DNA of 35,949 nucleotides from a virus (taxonomy: Duplodnaviria > Caudoviricetes), in the IMG/VR virus record IMGVR_UViG_3300020460_000030, positions 1 through 35,949 of that record. One strand, given 5' to 3'. Of this stretch, positions 25,007 to 33,611 are shown piece after piece (position 1 is the stretch's first letter; every line of letters begins with the position of its first letter). The notes under the pieces were generated by a model. It saw only the letters and a program-made list of their open reading frames with translations. It was not told where the DNA came from and did no database searches. The position numbers and the translations under genes are program-made.

Positions 25007-28000
25007 TATGCACTTTGATTTATAGTTAATGTTTGTTTTGTTAATCCCGTAACTCTACTATTATTATATAATTCAATTTCAATTTGGGCAGATCTTGAAC
25101 TGCCTGAGCTATTATTTGCAACATTAATTGTAAAAGGATATTTACCACCATATATATTAATATCGTCTGGATCAATTATTAAAACAGCACTAGCTGTAGG
25201 ATTAACTGCTGTTCCTTGTGTTGTAGCAGCAGCTAAATATAGCCAATCTGTGCCGTCTCCAGTATTTTTTGGAGTTACACTTACAACAACATTAGCTTTT
25301 TCTCCAGCTACATCTCCTATAACTACATTTGCATTGGGAGAAGATAAACCATTAGTAAATGAATACGTTGTTGGAGAAATAGTCCCCATAGCTGCTGTTA
25401 CTTCACCTGAACCTGTTATTGTAGCGGTAGCAGTTGTATTTTGATATATTTTAGGCAATACAATTGATGCCTGATAATAATCTTGCGTATAATCAGTTGT
25501 AAAAGTTGTTATTTCAGTTACATTAGTATCTTCTACATTATAAGTAACTGCAAAAGAACTTGGTAACATAACTTTAGTCGTACCTGTAACATTCATTCTA
25601 ATAATTGCAGTACGCTGGCTTTCAGCAGCGTATGGGCTTATTGTATAAGCATTACCAACAGATACTCCAGTTGGAGGTGTTAATGTACCTGTTGAAGGTG
25701 TTGCCCAAGTTAAATTATACAATGCGGTAGCACTCCCTGCAAAAGTCATATTTTCATTAGTAGCCGCGGTAGGCATTGTGACAGGTACATTATAAGTTAT
25801 TTGATTAGTCTGTCTTGTATAAGGCAATGGTGTAGTTATAATATTACCTCCCATACCACTATGAACATTACAATAATAATATAATGGACTAGTTGTTGTA
25901 CTAGTTACAACTATTTGTGTTTGTGCGCCCGCAGTACCAGGAGTACCCGTAACAGTAACATTATCTGTAAATGGATCTGCAGGTGAATTATTAGGGTTTT
26001 TTGAAAACCTTAAAGGATGTCCGCTATTACTACTATCACTTTGATCAAATATATAAGTTTTACCTATAGTAAGTGCAATATTATCTTGTCTTATACCATC
26101 TAATGTATATCTATTAAGATTACCAGTATAATTTATAACTTTAACAGGTATTGTTTCTGTACCTGTTATAGCCCCTGTATTTAAAGAATTCAATGATCCC
26201 ACTCCTACAGTAATATTATAAGGATTTATAAAATGTGTACTGCTTGGAGCAACAACTATATCTTGTGAAGTTGCACCTGAAGATAGCTCTACCAAAGTAG
26301 GACTTACTGCCGCATCAGAAACAGAATCACCAACACTTATACTAAGAAGTGCTACGGTAAACGCAAGAGATGCACCGGTACCACCAACCGCTAATTCAAT
26401 AGTTTGATTTGATGTACCAACAGTATAACTTATATTAAATACTAATTTGCCATCAACAATAGTTGTTGGATTTGTTATATTAACTGTTTCAGAGCCTGAA
26501 TAAGTTAAGGTAACATCAGATACTGAATTAAATTTAAAATCAGCATTTTTAGGCTCTACAAAAACAGCCCAAGTAATTGTTTCACCTTGCTTAGCTCTTG
26601 CTACTCTTTCTCCTGTTATTAATGTATTTGCGCCTGCATTTGCACTACTTCTTGTAACTTTTAATGAAATATCAAAACAATTTACATTTGTAGGTACAGT
26701 GCCAATATCTGATAAATCAGTTCTTAAAAAATCTAATTCCCATCCAGTATCACCTTCATAACTTATAGTATTAAAAGTTTTAACAAGGGAAGGCCCATCA
26801 TTTAATATAGGCTCTATATAAGAATCTGCAGCAGCTGCACCATAAAAACTATTTCTATTTACATCTTCTGAGTTATGCTCATATAATTTACCAGAATTAA
26901 ATGTATAATATTTATTATTTAATGTTAATCCACTTTCTTGCTTAAAAGATTTAAAACTTGTCCACCCTTTAGCGTTTTCATCAAACGAAATTGTAAAATA
27001 ACCATCAGCAGCTGTTGCTACATTTGTATCAGTTTCGCTATCATAACAATCGCCTATAATAGTTAAATTATATAACCCATGATATTCATCATAAGAGCCT
27101 ATAACTTGTGTAGCATGAGATAATGCATCTCTAAAAAAATCACTCATTCCAGAATTTGATATATCTACGATTCCGTTTTGTGATAATCTTAATACTGAAC
27201 CTCTATTTTTATCGGTAAAATATCTTGCATATCCATATGCTGCAAAAGATTCAGGATTTTTTGATATTCCAAAATCTCCAGCATAAGGTGCTATAGTTCC
27301 TAAAAATTGTGTATTACTAGTTACAGGAACTGCACCACCTTCAGCAGAGTATATAAAGTCTTTATTTATAGGTGATCTAGATAATTTATCTTCCTGGAAA
27401 ATAACTATTTGAGTATCGTCGGCATAAAGTTTTTGCACAGATCCATCTTGAGGATCTAATGATATAGTTAATCCTCCCTCAGCTTCATTAAATTGATTTA
27501 TATAATTTACATTAGTTCTTGAATTAAATAAACCACTCGAATGTATAAGCGTATTAAATCTTCTTTCTTCAGCAAAATTTTCTTTTACAACGTAAGCTCT
27601 AACTCCTACATCAAAAGCTTTTTCGTTAAAGCCCGCTCTTAATCTATTTACTTCTATATGTGTACCTGACGTAAAATTTAATAAATAACAATTAAAAAAT
27701 CTAACATCTATGGTTGCACCCGCATTATTTAAAGCTGATATTAAACCACCTGTAGAAGTTTCAAAGAAAATATCTAAATCTGACTCTACTGGCTCTGTTT
27801 CGTAAACAGACACTCCTGAAGATATAGATGCTCCAGCGTCTGTTATAGTTGGCACATTAGCAGTGCCGGCTGGGTTATTAATTGATTGTACTTTTGTTAA
27901 ACTAGAAGTAGTTTGATTAGCCCCATTTAAAATTTTAGGATATACAGAAACATCACAAGGTGATATTGTATTACTTGTGCTTGGTGGTATTACAGCGGTT

Positions 28001-29457
28001 TGATCTCTAGGTATTTTATTTATACTATCACCTAACCTTGCAATAACATTAGCACCAGTAAGTGCGGAAATCCAATTATAATATTCTTGCTCTCTTTGTT
28101 TTACAACTATTTTATATGAATAAGCCCAATCAAGAGCTTTTAAAGTTGCTACAGCTGCTGATGAAAAAGATACTCTTAAAGCATTAAATACATTAGTACT
28201 ATTAGATTCTCCTGTTGCTGCGTCAATAAATACTGTATCATTACCTGTTGAAGATAATATTACAGGTGATTGTCTTCCAAATTTATCAGCTAATACAATA
28301 CCAACTTGATAAGTACGTCTAGACTTTACAGACATTGAAGTATCTAATGTAGCATATCTAGCAGATGTTTCACCTGTTCTTGAAACACTAAATGAAATAT
28401 CTGGTATATCAAAATTTTGTAAAAAATTTCCATACACAAGTCTTCCTCCGGCTAATTCTTGTGACTTAGCTTTTTTAGGTACCGCATCTGATACTCTTGT
28501 TAATTGATCGCCCGGTAATGTTTTAAAAGGATCTTGTGATTTATAAAAAAAGTTTACCGAAGATTCTGTTGTTATAGTTTTATCTTCAACAACATATAAA
28601 GTTGAAGATCCTGTTTCTTTATAAATAAGCTCAACACCTGTAATACCATAATTTGATGGTATTGATACCGCTAATTGTACAGATTTTACAGCATTTACAA
28701 ATGTTTCTATTTCTCCAAATTCTGATATTGAACTTGTATTAATTGTATCAGGGTTTCCTAATCTTGAAAAGCATATAGGTGTAAAAGGTGCTAATACACT
28801 ATATTCTCCGTCTTCAAATTGATAACGATATGAAAATCTTACAAGTTTATTTTCTAAAAAATTAGATGTAATTACTGCACCAGTTTCATCTGTATTTGAT
28901 AATGCTAATATTTCAGCAGCTTCATATGGAGCAAATTTAGCTACAGACATAAGATTATCAACACCTACATCAAGATTATAATGGCCCTCTTCATTTCTTG
29001 CGGTATCTACATTTATTTTTCTTGGAGGATTTCTATCATCTGTAAAAAATAATAATGTATCTACTAAATTAACCCCTGTAATAGGAAAATCAACATGGAA
29101 ATTTAAAGTGTTATGAATTACCAATACCGTTGATTTATTAGCTTTTTGGTCGTATTCTATAATTGCATGCTGCTTATTAGAAGCGTTTGAATGATCATAA
29201 CTATCATTATTAGTAATAAAATAATATATTTTTTCATTACCATTATCTCTTAAACTACCAATAACTTTACCATTTGGTATTTGCTGGCCTACAATCTCTT
29301 TATTACCTAAAAGATTTTCAACAGCGCCCATATCAGAGCCCTCTGACTTACTTACATTTATATTTAAAGCTTCACGATATTCTCCAGCTTGGACAAGTCT
29401 GTCGTCCACGTCTCGATTCATTCGGCTTGCATTGAATAGCCTTTTAATTTCTGGCAT
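25006..29457 (-). CDS. tail stabilisation/nozzle protein (P22 gp10-like role) with appended beta-rich, cupredoxin-like and BACON-like domains
   Basis: MNRDVDDRLV..GEYREALN; LFFTDD.NPPRKIN; RFSYRYQFEDGEYS; RLVYGNF; YFTD..RG.VLRLS; GWTSFKS; T/S/G/V-rich C-terminal third. Confidence 0.8.
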   Translation of the reverse strand: MPEIKRLFNASRMNRDVDDRLVQAGEYREALNINVSKSEGSDMGAVENLLGNKEIVGQQIPNGKVIGSLRDNGNEKIYYFITNNDSYDHSNASNKQHAIIEYDQKANKSTVLVIHNTLNFHVDFPITGVNLVDTLLFFTDDRNPPRKINVDTARNEEGHYNLDVGVDNLMSVAKFAPYEAAEILALSNTDETGAVITSNFLENKLVRFSYRYQFEDGEYSVLAPFTPICFSRLGNPDTINTSSISEFGEIETFVNAVKSVQLAVSIPSNYGITGVELIYKETGSSTLYVVEDKTITTESSVNFFYKSQDPFKTLPGDQLTRVSDAVPKKAKSQELAGGRLVYGNFLQNFDIPDISFSVSRTGETSARYATLDTSMSVKSRRTYQVGIVLADKFGRQSPVILSSTGNDTVFIDAATGESNSTNVFNALRVSFSSAAVATLKALDWAYSYKIVVKQREQEYYNWISALTGANVIARLGDSINKIPRDQTAVIPPSTSNTISPCDVSVYPKILNGANQTTSSLTKVQSINNPAGTANVPTITDAGASISSGVSVYETEPVESDLDIFFETSTGGLISALNNAGATIDVRFFNCYLLNFTSGTHIEVNRLRAGFNEKAFDVGVRAYVVKENFAEERRFNTLIHSSGLFNSRTNVNYINQFNEAEGGLTISLDPQDGSVQKLYADDTQIVIFQEDKLSRSPINKDFIYSAEGGAVPVTSNTQFLGTIAPYAGDFGISKNPESFAAYGYARYFTDKNRGSVLRLSQNGIVDISNSGMSDFFRDALSHATQVIGSYDEYHGLYNLTIIGDCYDSETDTNVATAADGYFTISFDENAKGWTSFKSFKQESGLTLNNKYYTFNSGKLYEHNSEDVNRNSFYGAAAADSYIEPILNDGPSLVKTFNTISYEGDTGWELDFLRTDLSDIGTVPTNVNCFDISLKVTRSSANAGANTLITGERVARAKQGETITWAVFVEPKNADFKFNSVSDVTLTYSGSETVNITNPTTIVDGKLVFNISYTVGTSNQTIELAVGGTGASLAFTVALLSISVGDSVSDAAVSPTLVELSSGATSQDIVVAPSSTHFINPYNITVGVGSLNSLNTGAITGTETIPVKVINYTGNLNRYTLDGIRQDNIALTIGKTYIFDQSDSSNSGHPLRFSKNPNNSPADPFTDNVTVTGTPGTAGAQTQIVVTSTTTSPLYYYCNVHSGMGGNIITTPLPYTRQTNQITYNVPVTMPTAATNENMTFAGSATALYNLTWATPSTGTLTPPTGVSVGNAYTISPYAAESQRTAIIRMNVTGTTKVMLPSSFAVTYNVEDTNVTEITTFTTDYTQDYYQASIVLPKIYQNTTATATITGSGEVTAAMGTISPTTYSFTNGLSSPNANVVIGDVAGEKANVVVSVTPKNTGDGTDWLYLAAATTQGTAVNPTASAVLIIDPDDINIYGGKYPFTINVANNSSGSSRSAQIEIELYNNSRVTGLTKQTLTINQSA

Positions 29458-29460
29458 ATT

Positions 29461-30384
29461 TTAATGTTTAATCCACTTAGATTTACCCCTTAATACTTGC
29501 GCCATTTCTTCTGTTTTCATATTAGAAAGGCGTATTTTTGCATTACGCATTTTAGCGCTTGCTTCTTTTTTATATAATCCAGAAGCGCTTGCGCTTGAAA
29601 CCCTTAATTTTGATAAATTGTATAATATATTTGCATAAACAGCATCTTCCGCTAATTTAGGCACAAGTACATTATCAAAATTATCATTATCGCCGATACC
29701 ATCAGATATATATCTTAATACTATGATACTACCTTGTTTAAATGAAGAATCAAAAAATATTTTACCTGCTTCCAAATCTAATACATAACTTCCATTAAAA
29801 TTTTGTCTTTCAGGTTCGCTACCATATCTTCTGCCAAAATAGCTATAGTCGTCGTTATCATAATAACCATTATAATAATCAGAGGCTTCTTCTGCTGTTA
29901 AAACTCTATTTGTTGTTTGATAACGGTCTAATGTATCTGAAGTTTCTTTAAAAACTACTTTTCCGTCGTTATCGTATAAATATTTATAGTCTTCATCTTG
30001 TGTTACAGCTTTTGTGGCTTTTGTAGAACGACTTGGTTGTATTGTTTTTAAATTTCCAAAATTATCTAAAAAAGATATATTAACATAATTAACATAATCT
30101 GAAGGCAAAGACATTTGTAAAGTTTCGCTAAGTTCTACTTCAATAGTTTTTTCTGAATGAAAAATATCATAACTAAACTCCTGCACAGATCTTTGTGCCC
30201 AAAAAGCTACTTCGTATCTAGGTACTTTTGATAATATTTTTCCATCTCCTATATAAGCAATAATAAAATTATTTATTATGTCATTAAGGTGTACTCTACT
30301 ATAATAACCCGGTATTGCTAAGCCTGTTCCGCCGTCTAAAGCAGAATAATTATCTACGTCTAAAGGTCTTCTTGATATTGCCAT
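29461..30384 (-). CDS. putative head-tail adaptor/tail ring protein
   Basis: LP.DYVNYV.IS and IVLRYISDG motifs; position between capsid and tail genes. Confidence 0.65.
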   Translation of the reverse strand: MAISRRPLDVDNYSALDGGTGLAIPGYYSRVHLNDIINNFIIAYIGDGKILSKVPRYEVAFWAQRSVQEFSYDIFHSEKTIEVELSETLQMSLPSDYVNYVNISFLDNFGNLKTIQPSRSTKATKAVTQDEDYKYLYDNDGKVVFKETSDTLDRYQTTNRVLTAEEASDYYNGYYDNDDYSYFGRRYGSEPERQNFNGSYVLDLEAGKIFFDSSFKQGSIIVLRYISDGIGDNDNFDNVLVPKLAEDAVYANILYNLSKLRVSSASASGLYKKEASAKMRNAKIRLSNMKTEEMAQVLRGKSKWIKH

Positions 30385-31157
30385 TATTGTTCAGTTGCTT
30401 GAAGTTGTTGATCCTTACCTTGCCCAAATCCAGATACATCTGGTTGTTTTATAACCACACCAGCATAAGAAAGTATTTTAGCCACTAGTGCATGTTTTTC
30501 TGAAGGATGTAATCTAAAGTCATATGATTTAGCAGTTGCATTATAATCGTCCGATGCAGGATTAAATGCTGTACTATCATATATAGGTTCATTTGGAACT
30601 CCCGCCGCTATTTGTGATGCTGTTGGCATTAAATAGCCCCATTTAGGTTTGTCTGGAATTTTTATATAATCAATATTAACATCCGAAGTAATGCTATCCG
30701 GATATATTCTAATACCAGTTTCGCCAACCAAAGTAAATACAGGTTGAGTTGAAACAGGTGCGGTTAATGGAGATAAATTTATGTAACGTACTTCCTCGTG
30801 TGATGCATAATCTGCAACACTAACTGTTGTTACAGAATCTATAGTATTACTTACATTTACAACACCTAATCTATAAAAATTAGTAGGAAATTCAAATATA
30901 TTACCTGCTTTAGTTAAACTTGAATTTGCATAAAATACATTTATTTTTTCTGATGTATTTAACACAGGATCTGCAAAATCACTTTGTATATTTGCATTAA
31001 GTTCATAACCAGATTCTCTTGCAAAATAACTTTCAAATATTTCATTTTGTGCTTGATCTGCAAGTCTATTAAACTCTTCAGGAGTTATGTATCCTCTGTT
31101 ATCTTTATTAGTTATTACTAAAACGGTCTGATAAACGTCATTTATATTTATAGCCAT
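30384..31157 (-). CDS. putative head-tail connector/tail ring protein
   Basis: VY.TVL.I.NK..RGYITPEEFN..A..AQ; FP.NFYRL; YIK.P..PKW; F.LH.SE. Confidence 0.65.
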   Translation of the reverse strand: MAININDVYQTVLVITNKDNRGYITPEEFNRLADQAQNEIFESYFARESGYELNANIQSDFADPVLNTSEKINVFYANSSLTKAGNIFEFPTNFYRLGVVNVSNTIDSVTTVSVADYASHEEVRYINLSPLTAPVSTQPVFTLVGETGIRIYPDSITSDVNIDYIKIPDKPKWGYLMPTASQIAAGVPNEPIYDSTAFNPASDDYNATAKSYDFRLHPSEKHALVAKILSYAGVVIKQPDVSGFGQGKDQQLQATEQ

Positions 31158-31180
31158 TATTTTTTTTTTAAATTAGTTGA

Positions 31181-31205
31181 TATAGGGCTGATTTCTCGCC
31201 CTATA
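31181..31205 (-). terminator. intergenic hairpin (weak terminator or RNA-stabilising element)
   Basis: TATAGGGC-N9-GCCCTATA perfect 8-bp stem; poor U-tract on the sense strand. Confidence 0.5.
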
Positions 31206-31215
31206 CCAAGTTATA

Positions 31216-31983
31216 TTACGATAATTTTTTAGTAATAGATTTCATTAAGTCAACACCTTCATCTGTTTTAAAATATTGTGCTAATGCACCATAGGGATGT
31301 TGATCAAAAGGAACAGTCATTACTTTTTTACCGTTAGCAAATTTAAATACAGTATTATCATCGGTTAATTGTAATATACCTACTTCAACTGCTCTATTCG
31401 CTAAATTTCTTAATTTTATATCTTCATCTTGCGATAATTCAATAAAAAGTTCAGGATCTGATTTTGCAAATTTATAAGCATCTCTTTTTAATTCTTTAGA
31501 AGATAAAGTAGCAACCGTAGATCCTAATTCTGTTCTCATTATTGCTTCTAAGTGCTCTATATCTAATGTTCTAACTAAATTTAATGCTTCTAATTCAAAT
31601 TCTATATTATCAACTTCATCTTTTGCAATTACTTCTTGATCTATTTCTTGCCAAAGCTCATTTGCTTTTGGATGATATAAAGACAAAAGTTTTTGTAAAG
31701 ATTGTTGATGTTTAGGTACTTCTAAAACACCATCTAAAAAAATTATATGAGCAAGTGTTGCATTACCTTTTTGTTCATCTACAAATAATGATTTTTGATT
31801 GCTTGCATATCTTAATTCTCTTTGCTCATTTGTTTCTTCATCAAACCATAATAAAGGTTTTCTTGCAGTGTGTTTAGATTGTATTGTCCAACTAAGAGGT
31901 GATTTACCTCCTGTTAAAACATATGTTCTATCTTTTATTTGCCAATTTTTTTCAATTTTTGGCACTCTAATTTTTGTTTCCAT
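31216..31983 (-). CDS. conserved morphogenesis-module protein downstream of the major capsid gene
   Basis: 255-aa ORF with RELRYASNQKSLFVDEQ; position in the structural arm. Confidence 0.7.
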   Translation of the reverse strand: METKIRVPKIEKNWQIKDRTYVLTGGKSPLSWTIQSKHTARKPLLWFDEETNEQRELRYASNQKSLFVDEQKGNATLAHIIFLDGVLEVPKHQQSLQKLLSLYHPKANELWQEIDQEVIAKDEVDNIEFELEALNLVRTLDIEHLEAIMRTELGSTVATLSSKELKRDAYKFAKSDPELFIELSQDEDIKLRNLANRAVEVGILQLTDDNTVFKFANGKKVMTVPFDQHPYGALAQYFKTDEGVDLMKSITKKLS

Positions 31984-32002
31984 AATATAATATAATATAA
32001 TA

Positions 32003-32040
32003 ATTAATAAGAATTACCCCCGATAAAACACGGGGGCAAA
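32003..32040 (-). terminator. intrinsic terminator after the major capsid gene
   Basis: Sense strand TTGCCCCCG-tgttttat-CGGGGGTAA followed by ttcttatt. Confidence 0.75.
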
Positions 32041-32053
32041 ACTTATATAGATG

Positions 32054-33589
32054 TTATGCATCTTTAAATAATACGAAATTGTTTGCACCTTGAACGATTA
32101 AACATCTTTCAGATAAATAGTGCATTCTCATTTCATCAATTGGAGAACTTGAAGGTCCACCAACAGATCCAGTAACCCAAGACTTATTTTTTCTATTTTC
32201 AGTCTCAGAAGCTCTGTATCTAATATGCAAGAATGGTCTCTTGATATTTTGGCCAAGGACTTGGTCATAAACTGTAGAAGTACCAGCAGGTACTAATACA
32301 CCTTCGATGTCACCAAAACCTCCTCTTGTAGAAAAGTCATTTAAATATTTCCAGTCAGTTTTATAGAAGTCATAAGAACCTCTTCTGTAACCTGTAAATC
32401 CTAAAGTTAACGCCATATCCTCGCTGTTATTAAATACACCAAAAGAAGTTCCTCCTGAGTATCCACCATTTTGTTGTGCAAGAATGTCATCAATTTCTAA
32501 AGAAAGATTTCTATCTAAGAAAAGCATATTTTCTTCAATAGCACCTTGTTTGTCTAACTGTGTTAAAACTGCGTCAAAATCAGTTAAAGCACCGCCACCA
32601 CCTCCAGCTTGTGCACCAAATCCTGAATATACATTTCCTCTAGCTTCAATAGCTTCAAAGAAACCTTCAGTACCTCTAGCAGTTGCTGTAAGTGAAGAAT
32701 CGTAAAAATCCAAAGTAGCACCAGTGTTTAATTGTTTAACACCTTCAACCATAGTCATTTCCATATAATCTTCCCAACGTAATCTATTTTCGTGTTCAGA
32801 TTTTAAATACCATAAGTATCCGCTAGCTCCATTTTCAGAAGTAACTTCAATCCATCCAATTTGTGCAGTGTCAGAACCATTAATAGAATAATGCTCTTTT
32901 AAAATTATAGGACTGTTCTTAAATGTAGCATAGCTAGGATCTAATTTTTCAGTAAAGTTAGAAGATCCTTTTGCAAATTCAGAACCATAAGCAAGTGCAG
33001 TAAATCTTTGTGCATTTGTAATAGCAGGAACACCACCATAAGCTTTAACTTGAAAGTATTGTCCACTAACATTAGTAACAATACCTTTAATCATAGCACC
33101 AGTTCCTCCAATTGCAGATGTTGCGCTTGTTTGAGCTTGAATCATAACTGTTTGACCTTTTCTAAAGTTAACAGCTGTTGTACCCTGTGAAGTAACACCT
33201 AAGCTAGTTGGTTGAGCAGTTGGGACAAAAAAGTTTCCAACGCTACCACCTGTAGTTACTGCAGAAGCAGTTCCTGGAGTTGTACCACTAGTAGGCATAG
33301 TTCCAGCGTTACTTAAATAAACGATATTTGCATATCTTGTGTGCAATCTACCTTGCTCAGTCCAAATAATTTGGTCTGAAGTAGAAGGCATCTCCGCAGA
33401 TACCATACGTAAGAAAGAACCGATAGATCTGTTTCCATATCTTTCAACTTCTTGCTCGTATACATCTGGTAAAAATTGTTGAGCCCACTGATTAAAACTT
33501 GAATCAGTGAAATCGATATAGTTCCCTGAATATAATGCCTTAGTTTGAGTTGGTTGTAAGGCAGCGGGAACGCCACTTGTAAAAGCCAT
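32054..33589 (-). CDS. major capsid protein
   Basis: 511 aa, after the scaffold and before a terminator; QFLPDVYE.E.ERYGNR, IWTEQGRLH, LGFTGYRRGSYDFYKTDWKYLND, HYLSERCL. Confidence 0.85.
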   Translation of the reverse strand: MAFTSGVPAALQPTQTKALYSGNYIDFTDSSFNQWAQQFLPDVYEQEVERYGNRSIGSFLRMVSAEMPSTSDQIIWTEQGRLHTRYANIVYLSNAGTMPTSGTTPGTASAVTTGGSVGNFFVPTAQPTSLGVTSQGTTAVNFRKGQTVMIQAQTSATSAIGGTGAMIKGIVTNVSGQYFQVKAYGGVPAITNAQRFTALAYGSEFAKGSSNFTEKLDPSYATFKNSPIILKEHYSINGSDTAQIGWIEVTSENGASGYLWYLKSEHENRLRWEDYMEMTMVEGVKQLNTGATLDFYDSSLTATARGTEGFFEAIEARGNVYSGFGAQAGGGGGALTDFDAVLTQLDKQGAIEENMLFLDRNLSLEIDDILAQQNGGYSGGTSFGVFNNSEDMALTLGFTGYRRGSYDFYKTDWKYLNDFSTRGGFGDIEGVLVPAGTSTVYDQVLGQNIKRPFLHIRYRASETENRKNKSWVTGSVGGPSSSPIDEMRMHYLSERCLIVQGANNFVLFKDA

Positions 33590-33611
33590 GTTTTAAAATT
33601 TTAAGTTGTTA

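Noticed and set aside
32054-32085. Frameshift extension at the capsid gene end (TTA TTT AAA GAT)
   Set aside because: The TTTAAAG run is not in the X_XXY_YYZ phase and a terminator follows closely
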